A stretch of DNA of 64,000 nucleotides. Source: a virus. Its lineage: Duplodnaviria; Heunggongvirae; Uroviricota; Caudoviricetes. Shown piece after piece: positions 1 to 8,475 of the stretch. Made by a program: the position numbers and the translations under genes. The stretch lies in the IMG/VR virus record IMGVR_UViG_3300033273_000374, positions 1 to 64,000 of that record; one strand, given 5' to 3'. The notes below the pieces were generated by a model. That model had not been told where the DNA came from, searched no databases, and worked only from the letters and a program-made list of their open reading frames with translations. How positions within the stretch are numbered: position 1 is the stretch's first letter; every line of letters starts with the position of its first letter.

Positions 1-49
1 GATTGACAGTATCTCTGTAGGCTCATATCAAGCCGTTAAAGTTTAATAT

Positions 50-141
50 GGACAGGTGGGTGAGTGGCTGAAACCAGTGGATTGCTAATCCGCCGTACCT
101 TTAATTGGGTACCGAGGGTTCGAATCCCTCCCTGTCCGCCA
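50..141 (+). tRNA. tRNA-Ser(GCU), type II with long variable arm and encoded CCA
   Basis: Manual cloverleaf fold. Acceptor stem GGACAGG/CCTGTCC, 3-bp D stem, anticodon stem GTGGA/TCCGC with loop TTGCTAA (anticodon GCT), 5-bp variable-arm stem GTACC/GGTAC, T stem GAGGG/CCCTC with loop TTCGAAT, discriminator G then CCA. Confidence 0.88.
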
Positions 142-204
142 TTTTATCTATAAAAATATAATAAAAATAACTCCTTACATATTTTTTGAAATATACGTCC
201 CTAT

Positions 205-513
205 ATGTGTCCACATATTGGGCATTCTATACCTGTGGTTGGGGCGCTCATTGCCTTCTCGGGTAAATCTAAAAGTCATGGTAACAAAGCAGAGAAGTAC
301 TTCCGTGACGCAATCACTGTACCAAACACTGTTCCAGCGAAAGGTGACGCTGTAGAACAACGACTGATACGACTTGGGAATGCTATCTTCCATTTATCTG
401 CTGGTTTGATTGAATCAAGAAAGCAGATCGGTGCAGGGATTGCTATTGATCTAACGGGTCATCTACTGACATATAAATCACTTAACTCAATGGGTGATAA
501 AAGGCGGTGGTAA
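205..513 (+). CDS. hypothetical protein (102 aa); weak start context
   Basis: ORF track only. No recognisable motif and a poor RBS. Confidence 0.25.
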   Translation: MCPHIGHSIPVVGALIAFSGKSKSHGNKAEKYFRDAITVPNTVPAKGDAVEQRLIRLGNAIFHLSAGLIESRKQIGAGIAIDLTGHLLTYKSLNSMGDKRRW

Positions 514-560
514 GTCGTCATCTCTCATTTTTATATAGAAATGAGCACCCGTTGCTAAGA

Positions 561-590
561 TTGCTTCTAAGGCTCAATAACGACTACAAT
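561..590 (+). promoter_or_regulatory. sigma70-like promoter TTGCTT-N17-TACAAT upstream of the SPFH gene
   Basis: -35 at 561-566 and -10 TACAAT at 585-590 with a 17-nt spacer. An SD-like GGAG lies at 614-618, before the ATG at 628. Confidence 0.45.
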
Positions 591-627
591 CTCCATTATT
601 AATTTGAGAATAACTGGAGCCAATTAG

Positions 628-1551
628 ATGGAAGCATTAATTGGGGCGTCGGCAGTGATTACACTTCTTTTAGTGGCGTTCGGAATTTTACTTGTTTTCA
701 AAGGCATAAAAATCGTGCCTCAGTCTGATGTTTTCGTAATTGAGCGTTTTGGAAAATACACACGAACTCTTCAGGCAGGACTGAATTTTCTAATCCCGCT
801 TCTGGATAACGTGGCTCACAGAATATCAATACTTGAGAGACAACTTCCCGAGTTCACCATATCGGTGATCACAAAAGATAACGTTGAAGTAAAGTTAGAT
901 GCGACTGTCTTTTATCGGGTCGTTGATGCAGCAGCTTCTGTATATCGTATTCGTGACATTGATCAGGCTATCTACACAGCTTCAACATCGATTGTACGAT
1001 CTGCTGCAGGCAAACTTGAACTAGATGAGCTGCAGTCGTCGAGGGAGTCGATGAATGAAGAAATTGCAGCAAATCTCCAGAGTGCTGCATCAGTCTGGGG
1101 AATTGAAATTACTAGAACAGAGATCACCGATGTAATCGTCGATGAGGAAACTAAATCCGCCCAACGACAACAACTGAATGCAGAACGCCAAAGACGAGCG
1201 ATTATTGCAACGTCGGAAGGTGAAAAGCGGTCTGTAGAACTCGCAGCTGAGGCTGAGCTTTTTAAAGCTTCGAAAGAAGCAGAAGCGATCAGAGTAAAAG
1301 CAGATGCAACTGCCTATTCAATCGAGGTTGAAGCAAAAGCGAATGCTGAACAGACCCGTCTCATAGCCTCTGCTATTGCAGAGAACGGTCAGCCTGCAAT
1401 TAATTTTGAAATCATGAAACGACAAATAGAGGCGCTGGGCGATGTTGCTTCAGGAAGCAACACTAAAACAGTAATTGTTCCCACCGACATAACAAAATCT
1501 ATGGGAGTACTTGAAACGTTGTTAGAGCAATTTAGAACCAAAAGCCCCTAA
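628..1551 (+). CDS. SPFH/band-7 (stomatin-prohibitin-HflKC family) membrane protein
   Basis: N-terminal TM segment, then a typical band-7 core (VPQSDVFVIERFGKY...VITKDNVEVKLDATVFYRV...) and a coiled-coil Ala/Glu-rich C-terminus. Confidence 0.85.
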   Translation: MEALIGASAVITLLLVAFGILLVFKGIKIVPQSDVFVIERFGKYTRTLQAGLNFLIPLLDNVAHRISILERQLPEFTISVITKDNVEVKLDATVFYRVVDAAASVYRIRDIDQAIYTASTSIVRSAAGKLELDELQSSRESMNEEIAANLQSAASVWGIEITRTEITDVIVDEETKSAQRQQLNAERQRRAIIATSEGEKRSVELAAEAELFKASKEAEAIRVKADATAYSIEVEAKANAEQTRLIASAIAENGQPAINFEIMKRQIEALGDVASGSNTKTVIVPTDITKSMGVLETLLEQFRTKSP

Positions 1552-1564
1552 CGGAGTAAAGCTT

Positions 1565-1858
1565 TTGACTTTGAATTTTTTAGCGTTTTCAGCTGACTTC
1601 TGGATCATACTTGGTCTTGCTTTAATCATCGTTGATATTTTCCTATCGTCTTTTTTTCTTCTCCCGATAGGAATATCAGCGTTGTTTATTTCTGGTTTAC
1701 TTTACTTCTTTATAGAAGAAGTGCAGGCAAGCGGCTTGATGACGTCTTGGCGGGACATTTTGCTTTGGTTCGCAGCACTTTCAGTCATATCAATTTTTTT
1801 GATGCAACTCTTCGTTCGCATCAGAAAAAAAGATCGGAAAGATATAAATCAGTATTGA
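1565..1858 (+). CDS. NfeD-like small membrane protein (partner of the SPFH protein)
   Basis: 97-aa polytopic membrane protein 14 nt downstream of the SPFH gene. SPFH-NfeD operon architecture is well established. Confidence 0.5.
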   Translation: MTLNFLAFSADFWIILGLALIIVDIFLSSFFLLPIGISALFISGLLYFFIEEVQASGLMTSWRDILLWFAALSVISIFLMQLFVRIRKKDRKDINQY

Positions 1859-2096
1859 TACAATATCGAATAAATCACTCAGTTCGATGGGTGACAAAAG
1901 ACGACGATAACTTGCGTTCTTTCATTTCTACTTAAAAATTACAAACTTATCAGACGTTCTTCAGAACTCGATAAATACTTGTTCTTTCAATGCCCAGTTC
2001 TCTTGCGAGTGCTGTTACTCCCACTCAATAGTTGCGGTGATGTAAAGCATTGATTTATATAGCATTTAATATCACTTTCTAACAAGTTTCTAACTA

Positions 2097-2124
2097 TTCC
2101 CTTCGTTTGTGCGTACGAAGGGAA
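2097..2124. other. perfect 10-bp stem hairpin (TTCCCTTCGT/ACGAAGGGAA, 8-nt loop) in a convergent intergenic region, followed by a second 6-bp palindrome
   Basis: Read directly from the sequence. It lies between the plus-strand SPFH/NfeD pair and the minus-strand R-M genes. No adjacent U-tract. Confidence 0.4.
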
Positions 2125-2244
2125 CTATTGAAACTCAATAGTATCAATGCGTTAGTGAAAAGGCGATTGAAAGGTTTCTTTCTTAATTTTCCCTACCAAT
2201 CACGCAGTTAAGCAGATACAGTCTATAAAGAATACCAAAAATCA

Positions 2245-3351
2245 TTAAATGTCTAAAAGTTGGCGTAGATAATTTTCGGCATTATCTAAATCAAAACTTA
2301 GCGATTTTTTCTTATCAACTAGTGAGTTTATATTGCCGCTCATTTGCGTTACGCCACGTGAATTACGACCAGCCCAATGATGCTGGACTCTAAGCATACA
2401 TATAAACTCATTAGCAAGTATAGGTATAAGTCGACTTTCTATACTTTGCCGCTCAACATCAATAACGAGAATCAAAAAGCAAAATATTTCACTTTTATTT
2501 GAGAGAATCTTAAGAACCTTATCGATGTTGAATGCTTTTGGGTTGGAACTTAAGTGTTTTAACTTAGTTTTTATATCAATTAAGATGCGAACTTGATTTG
2601 ATGCTTCAAATACGATGTCTTCGGTCTTGTGTTCGTTAATGCCTTTTGTAATAATTTGCTCTATCGAAATTCCTCTTGTATTGATATTTTGATCCTCAGA
2701 TGCTTGTAATATTTTATATTTTTGGAGTTCAATTTTTTTATACAAAATAATTTCTAAATTTTTGTATTCATCTGAATTAAAAAAATTTTTGTAACGATTT
2801 GGTGCCGATAAAATTGATGCTATTTCATCTTTATTTGGTTCGTATCGGTTGTTTTTAGCAACAATAGAATTTGTTGAATCAACTAATCTTTGAATATTTT
2901 CAGATAGTGAAATTGATTGATGTATTTCAAAAAGGTTCTTAAAATTGGATACTGTGTTGATCATTCCATTATATTCTTCGCTAATGTCTTGCCCCAAAAA
3001 ACTGCCTTTGATGTTAGTTTCTGACAGCGTATGAGAACTATGGCTTATCTTTTTCAAAAAGGTTGTATTGCTTAATAAAAACTGAAGTGAGTTGTCTCTT
3101 ACTACTATTACAACAAAAGGCTTATCGTCATATTTGAGCAATGCCGATAAACTTAAAACTACGTTCGAAAATCCTTTTTTTCCGCCCCTAACTTCAGAAA
3201 CGCGAAATGAATGGCTTTTGGATGTGAAGACTGAGCGTTGTTTGTCTAAATTAAGTGAATCTGTAATAAAATCCTCTAAATTCTTTTTGCCAAAGGCTTG
3301 GATTGATTGTTGTTTTAAGATTGCGTCTATGTCGCTGAGTAAATGTTCCAT
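2245..3351 (-). CDS. putative Type II restriction endonuclease (368 aa) by context
   Basis: Its start overlaps the methyltransferase stop (3351/3354). It shares the markedly AT-rich composition of the methyltransferase gene. A possible PD-(D/E)xK-like stretch (VIDVERQ). No confident motif. Confidence 0.35.
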   Translation of the reverse strand: MEHLLSDIDAILKQQSIQAFGKKNLEDFITDSLNLDKQRSVFTSKSHSFRVSEVRGGKKGFSNVVLSLSALLKYDDKPFVVIVVRDNSLQFLLSNTTFLKKISHSSHTLSETNIKGSFLGQDISEEYNGMINTVSNFKNLFEIHQSISLSENIQRLVDSTNSIVAKNNRYEPNKDEIASILSAPNRYKNFFNSDEYKNLEIILYKKIELQKYKILQASEDQNINTRGISIEQIITKGINEHKTEDIVFEASNQVRILIDIKTKLKHLSSNPKAFNIDKVLKILSNKSEIFCFLILVIDVERQSIESRLIPILANEFICMLRVQHHWAGRNSRGVTQMSGNINSLVDKKKSLSFDLDNAENYLRQLLDI

Positions 3352-3353
3352 TT

Positions 3354-4349
3354 TTAGACATTTAATGATTTTTGGTATTCTTTAGTGACTTCTTTTGTTT
3401 TTTCACGCTTTTGCTGAAGTGATAATGTATTTCTTTCCCAAAAAACATTATCACTATATCCTTGTATTGTCATATCCTCATCGGCTTGGTTAAGTCTCTT
3501 TTGGGCCCACAAACAATATTCATTTTCTTGCTCAAATGCTAAAAAGTTGCGTTTCAATTTCTTAGAAACGACTGCTGTGGTGCCACTACCTAAAAATGGA
3601 TCACACACTAAATCGCCTTCATTCGAACTTGCTAAAATTAATTTGGCAATCAATTTTTCACTTTTTTGTGTGGGGTGATCGGTATTTTCTGGCATAGACC
3701 AAAAAGGTATTGTTATGTCAGACATTAAGTTTGAAGGTGCTGTGTCTCTGAACTTTCCATTATCAGAATCCATCCAATCTTTTGGTTTTCCATCTTCTTT
3801 ATATGGTGCGATAACGGAACGTCTTAGTTTTACAGAGTCCACATTGAAAATGTATTCATCACCTACGGTACAAAACCAAATGTCTTCGCTACAATTTTTC
3901 CAATTAGTTTTTGCCCCTCTACCTTTTTCGCGTTCCCACGTAATTCGATTTCTGATTTTGAAAAATTTTGAAGCCGCCTCATAAATTGATATGGAACTGT
4001 ACCAATCGCCGCAAATGTAAACAGATGCGTCCACTTTGAGTTTAGGAAGAAATGTAGAGAGAATATCCTCTAAATAAGACGTGTATTGGCCTATAGAAGT
4101 TCTAGAAAAACTTAACGCATTGAACTTTTTATTCAAATTATATGGTGGGTCTAAGATAAGAAGATTGATGCTATTGTCCGTAATTTTGGATATTGCGTCT
4201 TTGTAATTACAATTCACAATTTTATTTTGAAAGTTATCAATAGAACTTAACTGATCTTTTGAGACAATTCGTTTGACCAAATTATCTTTTTCTGAATCTA
4301 AAATCGTTAATGTTCGATTGCGAGGTGCTCGCGTTTTTTGTTTTGTCAT
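3354..4349 (-). CDS. DNA amino-methyltransferase (N6-adenine or N4-cytosine), beta class
   Basis: Motif IV DPPY (LLILDPPYNL) precedes motif I (CDPFLGSGTTA). This order is characteristic of beta-group amino-MTases. Confidence 0.85.
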   Translation of the reverse strand: MTKQKTRAPRNRTLTILDSEKDNLVKRIVSKDQLSSIDNFQNKIVNCNYKDAISKITDNSINLLILDPPYNLNKKFNALSFSRTSIGQYTSYLEDILSTFLPKLKVDASVYICGDWYSSISIYEAASKFFKIRNRITWEREKGRGAKTNWKNCSEDIWFCTVGDEYIFNVDSVKLRRSVIAPYKEDGKPKDWMDSDNGKFRDTAPSNLMSDITIPFWSMPENTDHPTQKSEKLIAKLILASSNEGDLVCDPFLGSGTTAVVSKKLKRNFLAFEQENEYCLWAQKRLNQADEDMTIQGYSDNVFWERNTLSLQQKREKTKEVTKEYQKSLNV

Positions 4350-4363
4350 TTTTCATTCCCAAA

Positions 4364-4432
4364 TCATTTACTAAATGGATTTTGTGTGCGATTTTTAAGA
4401 CCAGCACGTTCGGTCATTTGTATAACAGACAT
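4364..4432 (-). CDS. 22-codon leader ORF (MSVIQMTERAGLKNRTQNPFSK) with a perfect SD AAGGAGG 6 nt upstream
   Basis: ATG at 4432. SD AAGGAGG on the minus strand. TGA stop 15 nt before the methyltransferase ATG (4349). Confidence 0.25.
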   Translation of the reverse strand: MSVIQMTERAGLKNRTQNPFSK

Positions 4433-4472
4433 TTAAGTCCTCCTTTTTTACAAGATTTAACTTGCTACAATT

Positions 4473-4494
4473 AATGTAAGAATTAACTTACATT
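4473..4494. promoter_or_regulatory. inverted repeat AATGTAAG-N6-CTTACATT upstream of the R-M operon (candidate operator)
   Basis: 8-bp perfect arms read directly. It overlaps the -10 region of the putative promoter. Confidence 0.4.
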
Positions 4495-4496
4495 TG

Positions 4497-4525
4497 TATA
4501 ATAACATCTTTACGGTAGATGTCAA
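4497..4525 (-). promoter_or_regulatory. putative promoter TTGACA-N17-ATTATA reading into the leader ORF/MTase/REase
   Basis: Minus-strand -35 TTGACA (4520-4525). The -10 is weak. Confidence 0.3.
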
Positions 4526-4531
4526 CTGTTT

Positions 4532-4783
4532 TTACGCAACTTTTTTGTACTGTTGATACCAGTACAGTGAAGAGTCTCTGAGAGTTTCGTTTGCCTTTCG
4601 TATGTACTCAAGAGTTTCAAGCAGTGTGGCTTTACGAAGCTCATCAACTGAATCATCATACTTGAAATGATCTTCAATGATCTCTTGAACAAAGTTGATG
4701 TAAGGACATGTGTTAGGTGGAACCTTAGGTGCTTTTGCTTTAAGTTCCAAAATGCGCTTGTCTTTTGCAGATGATCTAGGCAT
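4532..4783 (-). CDS. hypothetical protein (83 aa)
   Basis: ORF track; co-oriented with neighbours. Confidence 0.45.
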   Translation of the reverse strand: MPRSSAKDKRILELKAKAPKVPPNTCPYINFVQEIIEDHFKYDDSVDELRKATLLETLEYIRKANETLRDSSLYWYQQYKKVA

Positions 4784-5172
4784 AATAAATCCTTTCTTAG
4801 GTCCAGGCTTGTATTAACATTACAGAATTGTAAACAACAGGTTGCTCAACAATGACGTTCTGCAACCCCATGCCAAAAAACACTATTGTTTCTAACAAGT
4901 TTGCTGACATGTGCATTATCCTCTAGAGACAAAAACTTTCTAAGTCTTGGAGTCTAAACATAAACAAGCTATCTTTAGGATAGCCTGCTATAGTGCAATC
5001 CAAAACTAACTCTCCAGCAATATCCTTGCGGATATTTTTAATTGCAACATACTTCTCGAGCAATGGGCTATAAGCAGTTTTGTACAAATGCATTTTGCTA
5101 AGTGTCAGTTCGGATATCATTGCTTGGTCCCTGTTGTTAACTATACGTACAATAGCACAAAAGAAGCAGGTG

Positions 5173-5436
5173 TCAACCTTTTTTTGTTATATTTTCTGTA
5201 TCAGCAAACTTTACAACAAACGTGCTTTTGGATTTATGATCCTGCACTTCAAACAATTTGGTATTCAAATCACGAGCAACAATATCGCCTGTGCTTGTAT
5301 AATCACCATACCTTCGAATTGGAAGGTCTGCTGTGCTATACATACCACCTGGACGCCCAAAACTATCCAGCGGAATGTTTACGGTAAATGTGCAACTGTA
5401 ACTGTTGCCTGCTTGAATGTCAGTTGGTGTAATCAT
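5173..5436 (-). CDS. hypothetical protein (87 aa)
   Basis: ORF track; minus-strand gene series. Confidence 0.45.
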   Translation of the reverse strand: MITPTDIQAGNSYSCTFTVNIPLDSFGRPGGMYSTADLPIRRYGDYTSTGDIVARDLNTKLFEVQDHKSKSTFVVKFADTENITKKG

Positions 5437-5449
5437 TGATTTCTCCTTG

Positions 5450-5734
5450 TTATTTTGGCATCTCTACAATAGGAAATTCTGCATATTTTTTGCGTCGTGT
5501 GCCGCTTGCTCCTTTGCGATGTACCATACCTACAGCAAAACCATTCTCCAGTTCTACCCAATATTCAACATCACGCTCTGGACCAGGCCAGTTTTTATAA
5601 CTGGCGTTACGTCTAACAATACGCACATCACTGAACTTCTTTGCTTCAATGTCAGTGTTACGGTACTTGGGCAAGTCCCACCAAGCACCAAAATCATCTT
5701 CGAGTGTCATATTTTTGTTGAGGATATTGTACAT
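5450..5734 (-). CDS. hypothetical protein (94 aa), coupled to the upstream AAA+ gene
   Basis: Start is 2 nt after the CobS-like stop. Confidence 0.5.
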   Translation of the reverse strand: MYNILNKNMTLEDDFGAWWDLPKYRNTDIEAKKFSDVRIVRRNASYKNWPGPERDVEYWVELENGFAVGMVHRKGASGTRRKKYAEFPIVEMPK

Positions 5735-5735
5735 C

Positions 5736-6860
5736 TTAGTTCTCCATTGCCTTGACTACATACTTGCCATAACGCTCAAAGAACTCGTTAAAGTGCTTGA
5801 GCTTTTGAGGATTGAACGGTAAGTCGTAGTTTACAACTGCAGTCCTAGCACCCATCACAGTCATCTCTGTAGGGAACTGATCCATCATAAAGCGGAAGAA
5901 GTTGTCTGCTTCGGTGTGCCACTTGTCCTCATCCTTTTTGCCATAGTCATCATATGACTTTTTGAGTTCGTAGCACATGCCAATTGTAAGAGCATACTGA
6001 GCACTGATCTCTTTGATCTTGAGCTCTTTAACTTTGCCGCTGAGGATGTCTGCAGGGTAAGGCATGTCTTTGGCAATCTTGCGATGTGCCATAAACTTGA
6101 GTGCAATACCCTCGCCGACAGTGCCAGCAATGATATCTGTGTCCTCTTGCTCATCGCCGGATGATGTCCAAATAACCTCACTCACAAACGTCCATGTGCG
6201 AGGAGTAGCAAAACTACGCCCGCTTGAGCGTGGATCAAAGTCACTCAAGTCTTGCTTGGCAAAACTGATGTAACCAATTACATCTGGGTGGATATTGTTG
6301 GTAACTGCCCAGTCTAACCAGCTATCAAAGTCTACACGTACCTCAAAGTGTACAAAACGGTTGGCAAGTGGAGTGGGCATACGATATGTAACGCCTTTGT
6401 CGCTTTCTCTGTTACCAGCAGCAACAATAACCACATTGTCAGGCAACACATATTCGCCAATGCGACGATTGAGTGTTAGCTGGTAGGTTGCAGCCTGCGT
6501 TGCCATAGCAGCACTGTTGAGTTCATCTAAGAACAGTATAACACTGTCATATTCTGCACACTCTTCTGCAGTAGGCAGTTCGATGGGAGGAGCCCATTCC
6601 ATCAAGCCACTGTTGCTGTTGAAGTAAGGCATGCCCTTGATGTCTGTGGGCTCGTTGAGTGCAATACGCACATCTTTCAACAGTGTTTTGCCAAGTTCAC
6701 CGCTGTCTGCAATACCTTGCATTAGATCACTTTTGCCAACCCCTGGTTGTCCCCAAAGGAACACAGGACGCTTTAGTTTCATCATACGAATCAAACGTGG
6801 CTTTGCCTCTGCAAGTGTAATGGTACGATTTTCTGTAGACATCAAATTCTCCCGTTTCAA
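5736..6860 (-). CDS. cobS: CobS/MoxR-like AAA+ ATPase (phage cobaltochelatase-subunit-like); probable true start is the ATG at 6842
   Basis: Walker A GQPGVGKS, Walker B ILFLDELN, MoxR/CbbQ-like architecture. The track start is TTG; an in-frame ATG (MSTENR...) with a GGGAGA SD lies 18 nt downstream. Confidence 0.85.
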   Translation of the reverse strand: MKRENLMSTENRTITLAEAKPRLIRMMKLKRPVFLWGQPGVGKSDLMQGIADSGELGKTLLKDVRIALNEPTDIKGMPYFNSNSGLMEWAPPIELPTAEECAEYDSVILFLDELNSAAMATQAATYQLTLNRRIGEYVLPDNVVIVAAGNRESDKGVTYRMPTPLANRFVHFEVRVDFDSWLDWAVTNNIHPDVIGYISFAKQDLSDFDPRSSGRSFATPRTWTFVSEVIWTSSGDEQEDTDIIAGTVGEGIALKFMAHRKIAKDMPYPADILSGKVKELKIKEISAQYALTIGMCYELKKSYDDYGKKDEDKWHTEADNFFRFMMDQFPTEMTVMGARTAVVNYDLPFNPQKLKHFNEFFERYGKYVVKAMEN

Positions 6861-6871
6861 ACTGTACTACT

Positions 6872-6900
6872 GTTATACACTGGTATGTGGTATGTGTCAA
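6872..6900 (-). promoter_or_regulatory. sigma70-like promoter GGTTGACA-N17-TATAAC for the CobS-like gene
   Basis: Minus-strand -35 at 6895-6900 and -10 at 6872-6877. Confidence 0.55.
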
Positions 6901-6911
6901 CCACTAAGTGT

Positions 6912-6941
6912 AAAAAAAATCCCCCGTGTTAACGAGGGATT
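6912..6941 (-). terminator. rho-independent terminator (hairpin AATCCC..GGGATT followed by U8 on the minus strand)
   Basis: Stem 6919-6923/6936-6940 plus 2 inner pairs. A8 run at 6912-6919 on the plus strand equals a U-tract on the minus transcript. Sits between the upstream gene stop (6955) and the next promoter. Confidence 0.55.
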
Positions 6942-6954
6942 GTAATTTTTAGAT

Positions 6955-7236
6955 TTATAAATAGGCAGTAGGTGTATTAGCACAGTTAACTAATTGATGT
7001 GGATTATTACGAAAATTACGAAGCGCGGCTGCTTGCATATACTTTTGGTGACGAGTTTGTTTTGTAGTCATTTTATAATATGCATAAAGCACACGATGCA
7101 AATACATTGATTGGTTGGCTTGATTAAATGCTGGGGTAAGCTTTGGATGATTGGGTATATGCTTACGGATAAGTTTTGCAAGCAAACGAGCAAACTGTGT
7201 AGAGTGGTTATTTGCGAACTGTTGTACGTTTGACAT
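6955..7236 (-). CDS. hypothetical protein (93 aa)
   Basis: ATG at 7236 with AGGAG SD. Bounded by promoter and terminator. Confidence 0.55.
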   Translation of the reverse strand: MSNVQQFANNHSTQFARLLAKLIRKHIPNHPKLTPAFNQANQSMYLHRVLYAYYKMTTKQTRHQKYMQAAALRNFRNNPHQLVNCANTPTAYL

Positions 7237-7267
7237 GTGTAACTCCTCTGTGTTGTTTAACTATGTC

Positions 7268-7295
7268 ATAATAGCACATCACGGGCACATGTCAA
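7268..7295 (-). promoter_or_regulatory. sigma70-like promoter GGTTGACA-N16-TATTAT
   Basis: -35 at 7290-7295, -10 at 7268-7273, 32 nt upstream of the ATG at 7236. Confidence 0.5.
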
Positions 7296-7298
7296 CCG

Positions 7299-7580
7299 TT
7301 ATTTGGTGAAAAACATACCAAAACCTGCTGCATCAGCATCTGTTCTAAAGCGAACATCTGCGCCATAATCAGTCCAACGTATACTCCATCTAGTACCTTC
7401 AGTACCATATTGTTCTGTCATTTCTGAGAAAAACTTACGGCGTTCCTGCTTCATAGCACCAGCAATTGTAGTGTATTCACTTTCATCGTACAGTTCAGCG
7501 ATACAAAAATCCACAGTCACCACATGCTTCCATTCGCCATGTGTCTGTTTGGCATACCAAAATTTATGCTTTGTTAGCAC
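7299..7580 (-). CDS. hypothetical protein (93 aa)
   Basis: ORF track. Confidence 0.45.
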   Translation of the reverse strand: MLTKHKFWYAKQTHGEWKHVVTVDFCIAELYDESEYTTIAGAMKQERRKFFSEMTEQYGTEGTRWSIRWTDYGADVRFRTDADAAGFGMFFTK

Positions 7581-7848
7581 GGAGAAATCTGTCCCATTCT
7601 TTGTTGTTCATAACAAGCCAAAAGTATGTTTTCTCACTGTACAAGTATATCTTGGGCCATCTGCCAGTGAGTATATAATAAGGGCAATCTAGATATTTGT
7701 CAAGCTCTAATAAAAACTTGTGATTTATCCTTTGATCACGTATGTCTATCTCAAAGTTTTCTATGTCCAAGTTTTTACTCAAATAGTGGTGACCACCTTC
7801 AGTGAGCCTCAGACCACCTGATTCTCTTATGTTGTACCAAAAGAACAC
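7564..7848 (-). CDS. hypothetical protein (94 aa)
   Basis: ORF track. Confidence 0.45.
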   Translation of the reverse strand: MFFWYNIRESGGLRLTEGGHHYLSKNLDIENFEIDIRDQRINHKFLLELDKYLDCPYYILTGRWPKIYLYSEKTYFWLVMNNKEWDRFLRANKA

Positions 7849-7919
7849 ATAGATATCGCGTTCAGAACCTTCTATTCTGCCCGCTTTTATGAATGCATCT
7901 GTGTACTGTTTTTTAGTTT

Positions 7920-8207
7920 TTATGGAAATATCTTTTTGCCCTTGTCTAAGAGCACAACACTAAAGTCCTCACAGTTGAACTTGGTGTTTAGTTTCTTAGC
8001 AAGGTTAATGGCATGCCCTGGATTTGAGAAGGATACTTTTTTATACTTTGGACCAGGATAGCTGATCAACATGTTTGAACTTTTTAAATTGATAGGTTGA
8101 TTTTGGTAGTAAACAGCCCAAATACCTTCGCTGGCCAACACTTGTTCGCTTTTATAGGTTTCTCTGTCTACTTTTTCTAATAGCACTGTGGGCTTGGGTC
8201 TACTCAT
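7920..8207 (-). CDS. hypothetical protein (95 aa)
   Basis: ORF track. Confidence 0.45.
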   Translation of the reverse strand: MSRPKPTVLLEKVDRETYKSEQVLASEGIWAVYYQNQPINLKSSNMLISYPGPKYKKVSFSNPGHAINLAKKLNTKFNCEDFSVVLLDKGKKIFP

Positions 8208-8262
8208 ATCATTCTCATAGTATATAACTATTTATGAGTAATATGAGTAGTTTATTAATTTT

Positions 8263-8475
8263 TTACCAATTGGGTGCTACAATTTCAATAGATTCTGCTT
8301 GTCTAGTTTTTTCAGCAATTATCTGATCTTGCAGTTGCACACAATACTCCAGCAGATCTTGATATTCACGTGCAATTTGTTGTGCTTCTGTGCGATTTAC
8401 AGTTAGCACATCAGTTTTTACAGTGGTACATCGCTGCGCAAATCTGCTCAGTGCTGGAGTATTGGGCAATCTCAT
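8263..8475 (-). CDS. hypothetical protein (70 aa)
   Basis: ORF track; 4-nt overlap with the downstream gene. Confidence 0.4.
   Translation of the reverse strand: MRLPNTPALSRFAQRCTTVKTDVLTVNRTEAQQIAREYQDLLEYCVQLQDQIIAEKTRQAESIEIVAPNW

Noticed and set aside
1-49. Possible second tRNA upstream of tRNA-Ser
   Set aside because: No acceptor/T-arm structure could be folded. Likely just an inter-tRNA spacer or the start of the window.
50-141. tRNA as a prophage attachment site (integrated element boundary)
   Set aside because: The T4-like replication genes and the phage-type promoter in front of the adjacent SPFH gene argue that the tRNA is phage-encoded, as is common in T4-like phages. No integrase or repeat of the tRNA 3' end was seen in the window.
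5080-5755. Plus-strand ORFs 5080-5439, 5088-5387 and 5417-5755 (99-119 aa)
   Set aside because: They are entirely antisense to a packed series of minus-strand genes (5173-5436, 5450-5734, 5736-6860), have low-complexity Cys/Phe/Tyr-rich translations and no RBS. Treated as spurious.
6954-6961. TATAAATA (T4 late-promoter consensus) on the plus strand
   Set aside because: No plus-strand gene lies downstream. The element sits in the near-palindromic ATTTATAAAT just after the terminator. I could not find a family of TATAAATA elements upstream of minus-strand genes, so no late-promoter call was made.
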